Assembly (NCBI GenBank): GCA_012295275.1
Contig: CM022676.1
Coordinates: 12,710,141 to 12,774,000 of the forward strand
DNA from: Chrysomallon squamiferum
Lineage: Eukaryota > Animalia > Mollusca
Length of the DNA: 63,860 nucleotides
Direction of reading: 5' to 3'
The notes under the pieces were generated by a model, which did not search any database, was not told the origin of the DNA, and saw only the letters and a list, made by a program, of their open reading frames with translations. Positions 25,573-39,760 of this stretch are shown in pieces. The first letter of the stretch is position 1. Each line of letters starts with the position of its first letter. Position numbers and translations under genes: made by a program.

Positions 25573-25869
25573 ATGCTCCAGACATCACTTTTGATTCATT
25601 GAATACAACAGAAAACAACACAGCAAATATTACGTGTTTTGCTGATGGTCGTCCTGGCAACATGAAGTTTACAAGTTTTAAACATTACTGGAATGGAGTA
25701 TTTATAGAGGATGTTAGTGGAGTTGTTGTTGGAAACAGTCAGTACAGACTGATGTTTAAATCTGTTATATATGAAGATGGAGGAACGTACACTTGTAGTG
25801 TACAGAACGGAATTACAGACAGATCTGGAAAACTGAGTCAAACACAATCTGCTGATATTTGTATTAAAG
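25573..25869 (+). CDS. Gene B Ig8
   Basis: 297 nt; ITCFADGRP..EDGGTYTCSVQNG. Confidence 0.9.
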
Positions 25870-26129
25870 GTTTAGTACAGTTCTATTAGTTGTAATTTCA
25901 TTTTTTTTCTCAGTTAAATGAATGATTGACTGTGTTATAGATTTCTAAAGCTTGCATCGATATTTTCCATATTATTATTTATTTCTGTTGTGTACTCCGT
26001 TTGCAAATTAATTACAATCAGAAATAAATAATTAAATAATAACTAAATTCAAAGATTGAGTTCTAAAACAAAAATTATTTCTGATCTCTTTATTAACTGA
26101 TAATCAAAATGTACATAATTATTCTAAAT

Positions 26130-26187
26130 TATTATAATTATTATTATTATTATTATTACTATATTTTTATTATTATTATTATTGTTA

Positions 26188-26249
<62 letters not shown>
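26130..26249. repeat. (TAT)n microsatellite directly before the Ig9/FN3 acceptor
   Basis: Direct reading. Confidence 0.95.
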
Positions 26250-26255
26250 GTATAG

Positions 26256-26899
26256 CAACACCAAAGATTGCTATGGAGACCAAGGCAGACAGTATCCTGG
26301 GAGCTGAGATTGGAAAACCTGTCAGACTAATCAAATCTGTGTTTTCCAAGTCAAACTTCACAACATTTACTTGGAGTAACTTTGATAATCAAACACATTA
26401 TAATAACACAGATGTAGTACAGGAAAATGTTACACTACAAATACACAGTAAAACAGTAACAGATTCTGGTTACACGTTTTCTCTCAGTATCAGTAATTTT
26501 ACTCAACATGATATTGGAATGTACAAACTGACTGTCTGTAATGAAGTTGGATGTTCTCAGTTTTCTGTGAACCTAACTGGAGCAGGTCCACCTCTTCCTC
26601 CTAAAGAGTTCCAACAAGAAAGAGAATCAACATCAGACACAGTGTTCTTGTCATGGCTACCTAACTACCCTGGTGGTAATTTCAAACAAAGATTTATACT
26701 GCAGTACAAACCACAAAGTGACTCTAACTGGATTACTGGACAAGTAAATGGTTTGATGACTCAACACAAGGACAGAAAGTGTTTTATAACATCACCAGTC
26801 TCAAAGACAAAACAGTTTATGATGTCAGAATTTCAGCTGAAAACACAAGAGCTTTAGATAATAGAAGTGATTATGTCACCATTCAAATAATTACAAAAG
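26256..26899 (+). CDS. Gene B Ig9 + fibronectin type III exon; frameshift at ~26745
   Basis: DIGMYKLTVCNEVG then PPLPP..LSWLPNYPGG..FILQY; FN3 completes (YNITSLKDKTVYDVRISAEN) in the shifted frame; 644 nt. Confidence 0.85.
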
Positions 26900-27502
26900 G
26901 TTAAGTAGCATCTTCTATTAATATCATCAGTTTCCTTTCACTTTCTTGATTTCTTTTTCTTTTATTTCTTTTTTCTTTTATTATTATTTTTCTTTATTTA
27001 TTTATTGATTAATTAATTTATATAATTTCTTTTTATTTTTTGTAAACTTTTCAGAGCATTCAACAGAAGGAAAAAAAGTAAAATGCATGAAATTAGAAGT
27101 TCTTGGATTCTTGGATGTTTATTCAGTATAATATATGTACATATGAAGTATATAACTATAAACATTAATAATTAAAAGATAAAAAAAATAATGATTTAAA
27201 AAAATAGGAAATAAATAACTTTCACGAGTGGAAAGCTGACTACTTCATATTTGGCATTCTAATTCTAACTGAATTTGTATATTTTATGATAGAATCTTTT
27301 GTTAGAAATTATTAATTTTTTTAATTTAAGAGATATTTCATTCTTAATTTTTTTTCCCTTCTCAAGAGGCGAAGAAGCATTAAAAGTTTCAAATTGTTTT
27401 TATCATAGTTTTATAATAAGCATCTTTTTATTATAACTGTTTTTATTTACAACACATTTAAAAGAACAAAATGTTATTATGTATGTTATTTATCTATTAC
27501 AG

Positions 27503-27646
27503 ATTCAGAAGAACAGAGTGGTTCTAGTTCTCTGCTTGGTGCAGTTGTAGGAGGAGCTGTTGGTTCTGTGACTGTCATTGTTGTCATAGTGACACTGATT
27601 GTGTTACTTAGAAGAGGGATATTACCTGGATTGTCCACTAAAAAAA
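27503..27646 (+). CDS. Gene B transmembrane exon
   Basis: 144 nt phase 1-1: DSEEQSGSSSLLGAVVGGAVGSVTVIVVIVTLIVLLRRGILPGLSTKK. Confidence 0.88.
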
Positions 27647-28084
27647 GTAATTTTTCAGCTTGCAAGAAATATATTTATTGAAAAAAGGAAAATTTTAAAA
27701 AGTATATGTATTTATTATATTTTTTAAATATAAACAAAGGGATGACTTTGAAGTTTATAGTGAATTTCTTTTATTGATTTGACATCACTGACTTGTGACT
27801 AGCCCTTTGTTATCATATGGCTTATATTGTGCATCATATTAGTACATCTTATGTAGTTGCATATGATTAATTCTTTCAAATAGTTCATGCCATTCACATT
27901 TAAGTATGTTAAGAAAAATAATGGTTCAGAATACTTATGTCAGCTTACTCCCATCTGGTTGAATTCCCATTACGTCGAAAGGCTAAATGTGGTTCAGTGG
28001 TCTTATTGACATGCATGTCTTTACCTCAGTCATTATAATGAACTGTTCCAGATTATTTGGAAAGCGATTATTATTACATAAATA

Positions 28085-28746
28085 CAGTAATACCTCGCTT
28101 AATGATATCCCACTTTAACAATCTTTTTTCTTTACAAATTATATAAATAGAAATTCAATAGTTAACTGCTCAAAATAAATGATACAATGGATACAATGCA
28201 TGTTTTTAAGTCCGTTTTTGTTCATTTTTCGTTCATTCACGAGCTTCTCTCAGCTGTGTTGATCAGTTGACACGTCATACGTGCATTTGATATTCTGATT
28301 TTCTTTTGTCTTCTGCTTCGATTTAGACTTAAACTCGTTTGTAATTCCAATATATCAAAACGAATAACAGTATACCAGCAAATTCTGATGATAAAAAGAA
28401 ATGGAAGACAATAACTTTAGAAACAAAATACATTATCTTAAATGAAACCAAAACCCACAAAGATGAACCCACAATGAGCAGCATATAATTATTTCTTAAT
28501 GTATTTGTATAAATTGGTTTGTAAATGATTTACTGTTTACTTAATATCTATAATCTATTAAATCAGTTACATCTAAACTGCCATTTTATTTCTCCTTATT
28601 TCACCTTTGTTATGCCAAATTTCATCAGCAAGAAAGTAACCAGCTTTTAACCTTAATTCTATGTAAATTAGTCTCCCGCTTAACTATACCTCACTTCACT
28701 ATTGGAAATTTGGAACCAATTACATCTTTAATCTTGGCTATTATTG
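28085..28746 (+). mobile_element. Tigger/pogo-type non-autonomous element
   Basis: ta|cagtaatacctcgcttaa start with degenerate ...ttattg|ta end; internal KKKWKTITLETKY resembling a Tigger transposase N-terminus. Confidence 0.65.
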
Positions 28747-30150
28747 TAGTATGGATATCACTTATCGTATAAAGTATGCAAATATGACAAATATTGAAAT
28801 AATCTATGTATCGAATGTAGTGAATGTAAATAATTAAAAAAGAAGGTATTCATCTAAAAGTATTCCCAGTGATTTGGTCCTTCGTATAAACTTTTTCAGT
28901 CATAGCCAAAGTATTTGCAGGTCATAATATCTTTAGTATACATACTATTAATATACTATGTCACATATATATTGTATGATATGTGCACAATATGAATATG
29001 TATGTGTGCATAACATAAATATGCCGAGTAACATTTGTCTTGAACATGTTTAAGCTGAATATGGTTTAATTCGAACAGTTAATGATAAATGTAACATTCA
29101 TATATTCTGTTTACTGAATATAAATGAATTACTCGAATGTAAAATATATATATTTTTAATTATATTGCTGAATAAAATTAGATATTTATAATATTTTTGT
29201 TTTCTTTTACAGAAGCAAGCCATGAGAATTAACAAAAAAACATTGTGCCACTTTTTGCTTTTCTTTTTCTTTTTTTTCTTTTTCTTTTTATTATTTTTAA
29301 TAGATAGATGAAATTGATGTAAACTTGTTTATTATTGGTCGGTTGTTTTGTAACGGAAAGGAAATGTTTATGAATTAGAAATGACCAGCTTAAATAATAA
29401 TAATAATAATAGTAATGTTGATGATGATTATGATTATGATGATGATAATGAGCAGGAGGAAGATGATGATGATAATGAAAAAGGAAAAAATCTACAACAA
29501 AAGTGAATGCTTATTCTGCCTTTGGTTTATGTTACATAACTGATTTAGGAACAATGCGCTCCGCCTCTGAATGCTAGAAAGAAACCAGATGTATGTAGAG
29601 GCCAAGTTCATTATATACAGAGGTAATGAGGTATTGCGGTAGACAAGTTTTTTCTATGAAATGGGAATTCTACCAGATGGGAAGACACCCTTCTGTCATA
29701 CTAAAGTACTGAAAGCAATGTGTTTATAACTGAGCATGTTTTAATTTTTCTTTTGTGTTGACAGCATTATATATTTTTTAATTTTCTCTTTCAGTGAGGT
29801 ATTTTTGGTATAAAATAATTCATTAGTCATTTTCACATAATTCAAAACCACCCACCCAAAACCCAAACATTTAACCAAATAAGTTTTATTTGATGTATAA
29901 TAAAGAAAAATAGTTATAAAACAAAAAGTTATTTGGAATAATTTGTGATTGTTTGAATGTAGGAATTTGTTAGTTTATTAACCTTGAATCACTGTTTAGA
30001 GAAATCCCTTTTTTTATTTTCGATTTTTTTTATTTTAATATATTTATTTATTTATGTTTTTTAGGAAAAAATATTATTGCTTATATTTTTATTTCTACTA
30101 ATTTTTACATTTCAGCCAAGGGTGCTGAAAATGCTTTGTGAGTATTTTCT

Positions 30151-30175
30151 TTATTATTATTGTTATTATTATTAT

Positions 30176-30231
<56 letters not shown>
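30151..30231. repeat. Compound (TAT)n/(TAG)n microsatellite
   Basis: Direct reading. Confidence 0.95.
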
Positions 30232-31239
30232 AAAGGAGATGAGTAAAAATGAAAAGGGAAAAAATAATCCTGATCTGTTGTTAATTCCACTGTTACTTGG
30301 TTCTGCTGCATTCTGTAGATGACTATAATAGACAGTTTTAATGTTTGTATTTCAATAGTGATTATTTATATGCCACTCTAAATTCTTTTTTTCCTTGTGA
30401 GAAACATTGTTAAATTTTTTTATTTATTTATGCAGCTCACATTGGAACAGTCTTCATTCAGGTATACCAGATGTATTTTAGTTTTGATTATCATATTTAT
30501 TAAATATGTTTGGGTCACTTACAAGGAAAAATTTACATGCAGATAATGTGACATAAACAAATTTTGCCTAACTATTCATTTAAAACCCCAACAAATTCCA
30601 GATCTGAAACAAAATATTGAACTTGAAAAATGAGAAATGATATTCACAAATTAAAACTGACATACTTTTAATTTGAAACATTAATATTATGAGAATTTAA
30701 AATGAAATTCTATATGGAGTACAATACGTTGAGTTGTTACATGAACAAAGAAAATATATAAACTAAATAGACAAACTGTAAAAACTTTGTAGTTTCTACA
30801 GAACAAAAATATTTTCTTCTAAAGTAACATGAAGATGTAAAAAAATAACACAAATATTCTATTAATTTTCCAATACATTTCCAAACCTTAGAAGTTAGTA
30901 TAAAGAAATGGTCAAGCCTGCTTTCGTGCCCACCTCTTTAAGAGAATATTCAATAATTTTCATCAAAAGACGTTTTATTATGATTTAACTGTGTGACAGA
31001 TGTTTTATTTTTATAATTTTTAGTAAAGTATGTTATTTTCTTAATTTATTATTGAAAGACATGGTTTTAAAAATTTTGGTTTCTGTTTGTGAATTATTAA
31101 TGGAGATTATTAAACATTTTTTATTTATTGTTTTATATTTTAATTTCGTTTGTTTATCTGTTTATTTCATTTGGATACTAAATCAGTATCATACATTCTT
31201 AATATTTTATGTGCTGTTTAAGACAGATTCAGATAAAAC

Positions 31240-31240
<1 letters not shown>

Positions 31241-31270
<30 letters not shown>

Positions 31271-31319
31271 TGGAGAGACATAAAGAGAGAAACACACACA
31301 TACATAATCACATATGTGT

Positions 31320-31374
<55 letters not shown>

Positions 31375-31379
31375 TGTGT

Positions 31380-31410
<31 letters not shown>
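31241..31410. repeat. (TATG)n and (TG)n microsatellites
   Basis: Direct reading; source of spurious CV/TH ORFs. Confidence 0.95.
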
Positions 31411-31683
31411 GAGAGAAATATTGGACATGTACTGGTACTAATACGAAATCCATAATTATTGATAAAGTGATCCAGGATTATTTTCTAATGGATTTCACAA
31501 AATTAGAATAAGTGTAGTGAATGAAGACTGATGTGTGTATGAAAGAATAATGGAAATGGAATCTATTTAAATAAATTTATGCAGTTGCATCTTTTACTTC
31601 CTGTGATATGCACATGCATGATTATTATTGAATTGAATGGGATATATATTTACATGCTTTCATATTGTGAAGACATTAAATTC

Positions 31684-31724
<41 letters not shown>

Positions 31725-32479
31725 TATATGTACGTGTGTATGTTAAAGGTTAAATTTGAAAAACAATTGAAGTTTAAAAAATCTTGCATGTGTATGTGAA
31801 AAAAACACTCATAAAGTCATATTATTTTCATACATTTACTAAAAACTTTTAGCTATTTAGAATATATTGCAAGATATAATGATGATAAAAAATGGTAACA
31901 ATAATAAAAAAATAAAAAACTTAAATAGATTTATCATCTTCATAGTTTTATAAATCTACAGATAATTAATTTGAGTCCACTGTATAATAACTGATTATTT
32001 TCAAAATTCTTTTTTTATTTATATTTTTTGTGATATATTGTCCAGTTTGGAAAAAGCTAAAATAAATTAAAATTTAAACAACATATCCTTACTTACATAG
32101 AAACTTTAGCATGTGTCTCTTAAATATTATACATACATTTATTTTTTTTTAAATTTAGGTTTAGTCATTTTAATTAATATTAATGTTCTTTTAGTAAAAA
32201 TGTGCTTTTGCATTTTTTCTAGTTTGATCAGTCAAGTAGGTATTGATCAAGATATCAAAATAGAATTCAATAAATATCATTGTAAATTAAACCCAGTTTA
32301 CTGAATACATCATTTGTGCAAAAAATCCAGATGTGTAAATTATTTGGAATCTTTATTGAAATAACTTTCAGACATGGATTTAATGTGTAGTCTGTACAAA
32401 TGTTGCTATGGGATTTTAGTACTTTGTCAAAACTGTAGAACATTATTAAAACAGGAAAATCCTGGAAACTACTCATGGA

Positions 32480-32960
32480 GAGAGTGACAAACTTGTGTTT
32501 GCTACCACCAAGAACATGGAATACCTATGCAATTCTGATGGCATTTTTGCTGTCAGCACCTTCAATACATCACCATGATTATTTGTATTTCTACAGATAC
32601 TCGTCATAACAGTATTGCAACAAAGATGTTTTAGGGAGTCCAGATCCAGGTATGCTTAACCCACTGAGACAAAGTTCAGTGGAGGAAGATTCAGCATGTT
32701 TCAATTTTCCAGTACAAAGATGTGCAACTAGAGTCAAGGCTGTCCCATTCATACACCAGGGACCAGGTTGGGGATATTCTTTGCATATAGTTCCCAGGCA
32801 GTACCCATGTAATGTACTGTTGGGTTTGAAATGAACTCTCCCAAACAAGTAATTTGAATATCGTTCAAAGTACTTGTACCCTGAACATTTTCTGTACCAT
32901 CCCTTCGTTTAACTTACACCAGTTGCTCCGATTCCCACCATCCCTCTCACAAAGGCTGGG
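32480..32960 (+). mobile_element. Second MULE-like transposase remnant
   Basis: Plus frame KLVFATTKNMEYLCNSDGIFAVSTFNTSP*LF resembles the MULE IFAT..NL..L.....F.DGTF...P.LF motif. Confidence 0.55.
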
Positions 32961-32970
32961 GAGATCACTG

Positions 32971-33023
<53 letters not shown>

Positions 33024-33105
33024 CTGTACATGTGTGTGTTTGTATGTATATATAAATATATATATATATATATATAGCCGTACATGTGTGTGTTTGTATG
33101 TATAT
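32971..33105. repeat. (TA)n microsatellite with short duplicated flank
   Basis: Direct reading. Confidence 0.9.
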
Positions 33106-33329
33106 ACTGTGCTGAATAAATTTAACATCTGCTATATGAAATGTAGACTACACGATTGGATGTTGAATTTATTTGTACACATTATTTCATTAATCCAGCA
33201 TTTCTGAATATAGCCAGCAGTAACCTGTTGTCACGGTGTGAACATCGTTACTTTAATGTCAACTGAGGAAATGGAGGGGTACATTTACCAAAATGGTGAG
33301 ATACTCAATAATGTCTGTGTGTGTGTGTG

Positions 33330-34330
33330 TGTGCACTAGTGTCATTGATGAAAGCACTACATCGTTGTCTTATGCTTCTAACGAGAGCATTAATCTCAGG
33401 AACAGTAAATGTGTTCATAGCAATGGATATTAAGAACTTGAGAATGGTTTATGCATACCCTATAGCCCAGTAGGTCCCATGCATGCTCAGTTGGGAACAA
33501 GTCAGCAGATTTTGGTGGCCTGTTCAACACTTGGATGTGGATCCTCTCAGGAAGATTACTAGTTAGCCTAGCGGTATGTCTAGAGTTGTCATGTTCAAAC
33601 AGAAAGCCAGGATGCTGCTGCAGGAATGGAATGGCTACTGGTGTATTGATCTCGTCACAGTAACATTGAGCAGTCATGTTCTCGTGAATGAAAACAAGAT
33701 CTGCTTTACCTCTACTATGAATGCTGGCCCACACAATAACTTTACTGCCGCCATATCGGTCGTGCTGAATGACGTCTGCATCTCCCATTCACCTCCATAC
33801 ATGATGCAGACCATCTGCAAACTGAACACAAAACCTGGATTCCTCTGTGAATAATGTCTGATTAAGTGTTGTTTTATTCTGGCCCATCTCAAACGTTCCT
33901 GAATGTGACGCACTGTCAGGGGAACGGCTACAACAGGGCGACCTGCTTCTAATCCAGCAGCGTGGAGATGGCTACAGACAGTTTCAGCATGAATTCTAGT
34001 GCCTGTGATTTGCTGCAAAGTATGAGCCAAACATGGAGCATTTTTGAACTGTGACATAGATATGACATGACTGAATACCTGTCTTTCCTTGGAGTAGTTA
34101 ATCGTGGTCTACCAGAATGAGGTTGATTTAGCATTTGCCCAGTTTAGTGTTGTCGGAGTTGCGATGTGGTACTGTCATGAACACGAAAGTACTGAGAGAC
34201 ATCGTGTCCATTTTAACCGGCATTAAGCCGTCCTATTGCTTCATGATTTGCCGTTAAGCCTGGACATTATAACAGGATACATTTTTCCTTTTGTTTTTGG
34301 ATAATGTTGGCTGAGTGCATACAAATGTGA
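33330..34330 (-). mobile_element. Tc1/mariner transposase pseudogene
   Basis: Overlapping ORFs: SGRPRLTTPRKDR, RLRWAR, YGGSKVIVWASI, FEHDNSRHTA, PPKSADLFPTEHAWD (Tc1 DDE motifs, degenerate). Confidence 0.9.
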
Positions 34331-35708
34331 TTTCAGTGCATCTGTATTGCACACACTTCTGTGACAGCATGTGGAGTAGGCATAGCGGTGTGCGATATGA
34401 ACATACAGAACATACAGAAAGGAGAACATTTTAATAACTTTAAAAATGATTTATATACAAATCATTAACAAATGTAACTATTTTAAACATAAAAGATTCA
34501 CTTAAAAGAATAAAAGAAAAAAGTAAAAGCGTTATTGTCAGTGTTGAAATTCGAAACATTCCGTATGTGCATAATTAAGACGTTTACATGGAGCATGGAT
34601 ATTAAAGCATTTCACACATAGTTTCTATAATGTTATGAAATGTACTCGCGCCCAGAATTAATCTCGAACAATAACTGATTTTTTTTTTTTGTATGTTACA
34701 AATCGTTTTACAAAAAACAAAATCGTATAACAACAAGAAAAAAAACAAAATAAAAAATTATGTTTTTATCTTTATCTTACCGTTAGCTCTGGTTGATAAC
34801 CGTCTCCAATTTTTTAGCAGAAATAATAATAATAAATAAATAGATAACTAACTAAATAAATAAAACCTTTGAAATTCATGTATTGCAGCATTGTATTATT
34901 TTAAAGATTAGTCTCATAATACAGATGAGTTTATTTTATCCGTTTTAACGCGAATAGTGAAAACCTGGCAGCTTAGTAAGGCACGCCATGCTGTACGAGT
35001 GCGTGAAAGAACATAAAATACAAGTTAGGCACACGTCAAAATTCAGAGTCTTTTTAATGACATGTTCAAAAGAAAATTTAACTTTGAACAGACTAAATTC
35101 AAACAGAGAAAAATTTCAATTAAAATAAATAAAGTAGAAATAACACCACAATTGAAATTTGAAACTGTTTAAATATGGAACAAAAAAAAGTACATTAAAG
35201 CACTTAACACTTAACAATGAATTTCAATAATTTTATAAATAATAAAACACTTTAATAACTGTAAGAATACTAACAACCAACGCCAACACTTTTCTTATAA
35301 AAATGTCTTCTTTTCTGAAATGCTTTCAAATGTACTGGAAATATACCAGCATTCTAACTGATGACTTACCTCTGATTTGTAATTCTAACACTGTTTACTT
35401 ACAAATGATAAAAAGTAACTGTCAAAATGTTATAAGATCAGTCTTTCACACTAAATAAAATATTGTATTTAGTTACAAATTAAATTCTAGAAATATACAT
35501 ATGTAATATATTTCATTTAGAAAAACTTAAAAACAAAAGAATCATTTTAATACATATATAAATATACAAAGTAAGTTATAATAATAATAATAATAATAAT
35601 ATTGAGGATAAAATCCAAGGAAACAAACAAGAATATAATTTAGATCGTTGTCAATATTTTATACATCTCATATCTCCGTGTTTATCTATCTCTGAGGAGT
35701 CTGTAGAT

Positions 35709-36175
35709 CTACAGCAAACCAGTGATGACTAAAGTGTTGATAAACCTGAAGAAAGATAAAATAAAGATAAAATGATAAACAAAGAATTATTAGACACACG
35801 GAAATAGATAAACACAGACACAAACAAGAAAGGCATACAGACATAAAAAAAGACAACATATGTAGATAGACATCATTACATACACTGATACAGGCACATC
35901 TTTACATGTACATATAGATAATACATATATACATAAATACACAAGTACTTGAAGACGGTCCGACAGAAAAGTAGATATACAGAATCACAGAAACAAACAG
36001 ACTGAGCGATACTAGACATAGGTACACATGATACATGCTGGTATACTGAGAGGAAAGCTGATAAAATTAATATTACAATAAAATAACTAATAAAAAGAAA
36101 ATAGTTACAAGACTACTTACGTGATTATTACATAAATCATTGAAGAAAATATGGAATCGCTTCCGCTTATGTACT
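35709..36175 (-). CDS. Two terminal exons (36175-36121, 35745-35709) encoding a GPI-anchor-like tail EYISGSDSIFSSMIYVIITFINTLVITGLL*
   Basis: ttttag/gtaagt and ttcttcag signals; phases 1->2->stop fit; small residues followed by a hydrophobic C-terminus; abuts the duplicate of gene A's last intron. Confidence 0.75.
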
Positions 36176-36189
36176 CTAAAATAAATTAA

Positions 36190-36225
<36 letters not shown>

Positions 36226-36239
36226 CCTTTAATTACTAC

Positions 36240-37465
36240 CGAATATCTAGCAGCACACATATACTCATATCTTTCAAGGACGTCTATCTCCAGAAGTGAA
36301 AGTCTTGTCCCAGTCAAGCACTTATATTCGTTCTTAATGACCTTCAAAAATTCAAATGCTGACAACAGTAAAAACCTGTTTCTCAAAGTTTGTTTGCGGT
36401 CCTAGACTATTGACTTAATTGAAATTAGCCTCCGAAAACTCAAAGCAGAGAATAGTAAGTTGTTCTTTAAGCAGAATAAAATTAACTTGCTATTGGTCAT
36501 CTGCCTATGTAAGGCTAAGGGCTTCTTTACATAATATATAATTGCATACAGTCCTCAAAGAACTGCCATAGTGAACTATTAACTCTTACTCATTAATGTT
36601 TCTTTGTATTTACAAAGAAATGTATTGTGGGAAACATGTTATTTGCAATTTAAATGTGAGTTAAGAGAACTGTGTGAATTATGTTTTTAAATCTGAATAC
36701 ATACATACATTCATATATAGATAGATAGCTAGATATATAGATATATGCTTATATATACAGACCTGTACATGTATATTCATTAGAAGAAATTGCTGTAAAT
36801 GTTTGAATTCCCTGAAAGTTAAACTATTTTATTAATACTTTTCAGTTTTGAATTATCAAGGTGTATCTGTGTCTGTACATACATACACACAGACGAAACT
36901 CGTCTAACAGTCACCTGTTCAAAATCCCACCACAAATTCCCCCAAAAGTATTTCCTTCTTTAAATGAGCTGTTCTGTGCAGTCACTGGTTTATAACCGCC
37001 AGCAGCCAATGTTTTCCACTGAAAATAATCAACTGAACCTTCTATAATTGTCACCGTTTTTACATATTGTAATAGCTTTCCAATGGGGCTAAAAGCAGCC
37101 AGAGCCTAATGCTTGCAAAATATTTAACATGGTTTTCACTGTTGAGTTAAAGGAAAAGTGCTACATGGAGTGTTTAAAACATCCTGTTTTACAAGTGCAG
37201 GTTATTATTTCACAGAAAAACTCATGATCAAACAAACAACAACACTCCGTTTATGAGCAAATCTTTATCTTTTTCTCCATGCAATTCATAAAGTTTTTGT
37301 CTGCTTGTAAGCCAAATTAATAGAGGTTAAAACTGTCTTAAATCTGTGTTTACTCAGATTCCACAAACTTGCATAATTTATGTTAATTTAATAATGAAAT
37401 GTGTTGATTAGATGAGATCATATTATATTATGAAAAGAATCATTTTCAAGCATTCTTGACCAGTT
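36240..37465. repeat. Segmental duplication copy 2 (paired with 1-1370)
   Basis: Direct near-identical alignment visible by eye over ~1.2 kb. Confidence 0.95.
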
Positions 37466-38293
37466 TTTAATTAGTGGTTTTGCATATAAAGATTTCAGAG
37501 GGTTTTATTAAGAACAGTGGAAGGGGAACTGAGGTTACATGAATGATTAGCACAAGGTTAGGGCTAACAATGTGATTATGTCATTTACTGCGTGATGGTG
37601 TTGTTTCTGTTGTTGTCGATTCTAATATAAACATATTAATATGAATAAAATAAATAATGTGTAGGAATTAAGCTTTAGTATGGTAAAAACAAGTGAAGTG
37701 GAGAAAATACATTACAAAAAAGGAAAAGAAAAAAATATCCAATAAATACTAATGTTAATAATAATATTATTATTACTATATTATCAAAGGACAAGGTGAT
37801 GTAAAAAGTGTAATCTGATTACTAAAACTAGACAAGTAACAGTAATATCTAATTTACAAACTATAATTTCAGATAATAAATCAGAAATATAATCAGATCG
37901 AATGTAAATATTCTGTTCCGCCTCATTAAAACATCCATACAGGACATTCCACAATAAAACACACTGACAGCACAGATAGCATACTGTTAACCAATCATAC
38001 AAGTTCTTACTGCAAACATCATAATCTCAAATGTTAAAATGTATTTATAAAAGATTTTGTGAAGGACAAGCATTAAGTTGTACATTTATCCATGTTAATA
38101 AGCCTATTACTCAGTCAGGAATAAAAACTATCAACATAAAACAGACAGTTTTAAAAGCTATCATTTTGTTATATCAGAGATAAAAGACAGAAATGAAGCT
38201 GTTCCTCGATTAGTAAAGCAGCATCCACAAACAATCACTGACATCTAGAATTTATTTAAAATAACCTATCATGTGGTGTAGTAGCTATGTGTA

Positions 38294-38938
38294 CTAAACA
38301 TTAATGATGGTAACATGTATCCCTGAACATTCTTTAATCTGATGATCAACATCATTGTGATACTGTCTGACAGGATGTTGGTTCACTGTTGTACTGTCAC
38401 TCATATCATCAGTTTTATTCAGTGAATCACTGACTGTCTGTTGACAGACTTCATATTCTGTGTGTTCTTCACAGACATCATTACTGACACATTGATTTGC
38501 AGGCTGCACATTGGTCTGATTATCTGAGTAATCTTCAGATGTTTCATCTGCTCCAGGATTTCCATGGTAACCAGATGTACTGGTTGAAGCAGCTTTATTA
38601 GGAATCCTTTCTTTGAAAGACAGTGAACTTTCTACATCTTCAGTATCACCTTTTTTGTCAATGTTCTCTTGGATGTTACAGTTTTCTACTGCTTTGTTAT
38701 CAGTAGAAGATGCTGCTTTGGTGTGAGTCTTTTCAATGCTCATTTCACTGCCCTGTTGTACATTTTCATTTTTATTGTTGTTTTTTTGTATTTTTGTTTC
38801 TTAGTGATATCAAACAATATACTATGATTATACAAATACCTGTGACACTGACAACAGTAATCAGGATAATACAAACTAAATTACAGGAAGAAGTTGATTG
38901 TGGTAGCACTGTAGGAACACTTGTTGATCTGTTATCAT
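38294..38938 (-). pseudogene. Gene D terminal exon: S/T stalk + TM + acidic cytoplasmic tail with Tyr motifs; frameshifted
   Basis: tttgacag acceptor; DDNRSTSVPTVLPQST / LLPVILVCIILITVVSVTGICIIIVYCLISLRNK / (shift in A7 run at 38781-38787) ...EDYSD...TEYEVC...; joins ORF 38294-38743. Confidence 0.7.
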
Positions 38939-39117
38939 CTGTCAAAGAAGAAAAGTGTTAAGAGACTAATCATTGACTGAAAGTTATGTAAGGATGGAAA
39001 TTGTTATGATAGAACATCTATAACGATAGACAGAAGTCCATCCTTAAAGTACCTTCTTTTTTTTTTATCTCAAGTAATTTTCTATGTTCTTTTACAGATC
39101 AGTATCATAAATAAATT

Positions 39118-39760
39118 GAGGGGTTAGAGCCATAAGGTTGTAACTGCATTTTTGCCAAACTGAGAAAAATGCAAAACCAAGTTTCAGTTGTCTGGCATTT
39201 GTATATGTATTGACACAGGTTTTTGAAATCACACGTTTACTGCTTGTTTTTAGACTCATCTATTCAGAATTTGTCTTGACAATAGTTCTAGTCATTAGCT
39301 CAACCCATACCCCAGAATCACTTACAATATTTGGGTGTATGAAAATCACAGACTTAAAAACGTCTTAAGTGTAATAAAGTCCTTTTGTCATGAAGTGAAT
39401 TGAGACATGTATATAGGTACAGAACATCACAAGTGCACTCATGTCTTTTTGGTTTTGATATATTTTCCAAACAATCAAGACCATAACGACGTTAGTCTCA
39501 TTATGACATACTGGCAAAACAATGTAATAGGTGAACATACTAATTTCACTGAAACCAAAATATCATTAGTGCAGTCATGACTTTTTGGCATCAACAAATA
39601 TTCACTTACGACTGTGGCCCTGATTAATATCTCAAACAGTTATTATCTACTAACTTGATTCTTTGATATTTCAAAGATTAATATACATCTATTCATCTAT
39701 TGGTGGTAAAATGTCATTTTCACAAAAAAAGCACTTAAGATCTTCTGGCTCTAACCCCTC
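39118..39760. mobile_element. MITE with 15-bp TIR GAGGGGTTAGAGCCA
   Basis: gaggggttagagcca at 39118 and tggctctaacccctc ending 39760; no clear TSD. Confidence 0.7.

Larger units (their letters stand above)
17169..29232 (+). pseudogene. Gene B: nephrin-like type I membrane IgSF receptor (SP, 9 Ig-type domains, FN3, TM, short tail); four exons out of frame (pseudogene or assembly indels)
   Basis: Exons 17169-17229, 19959-20273, 21374-21525, 21894-22060*, 22281-22594*, 22841-23151*, 23306-23584, 24597-24884, 25194-25460, 25573-25869, 26256-26899*, 27503-27646, 29213-29232 (* = frameshift), all with AG/GT ends. Confidence 0.8.

Noticed and set aside
30105-30311. Poly-Thr/Asn ORF
   Set aside because: Trinucleotide microsatellite.
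31052-31511. CV/TH-rich ORFs
   Set aside because: Translations of (TG)n and (TATG)n microsatellites.
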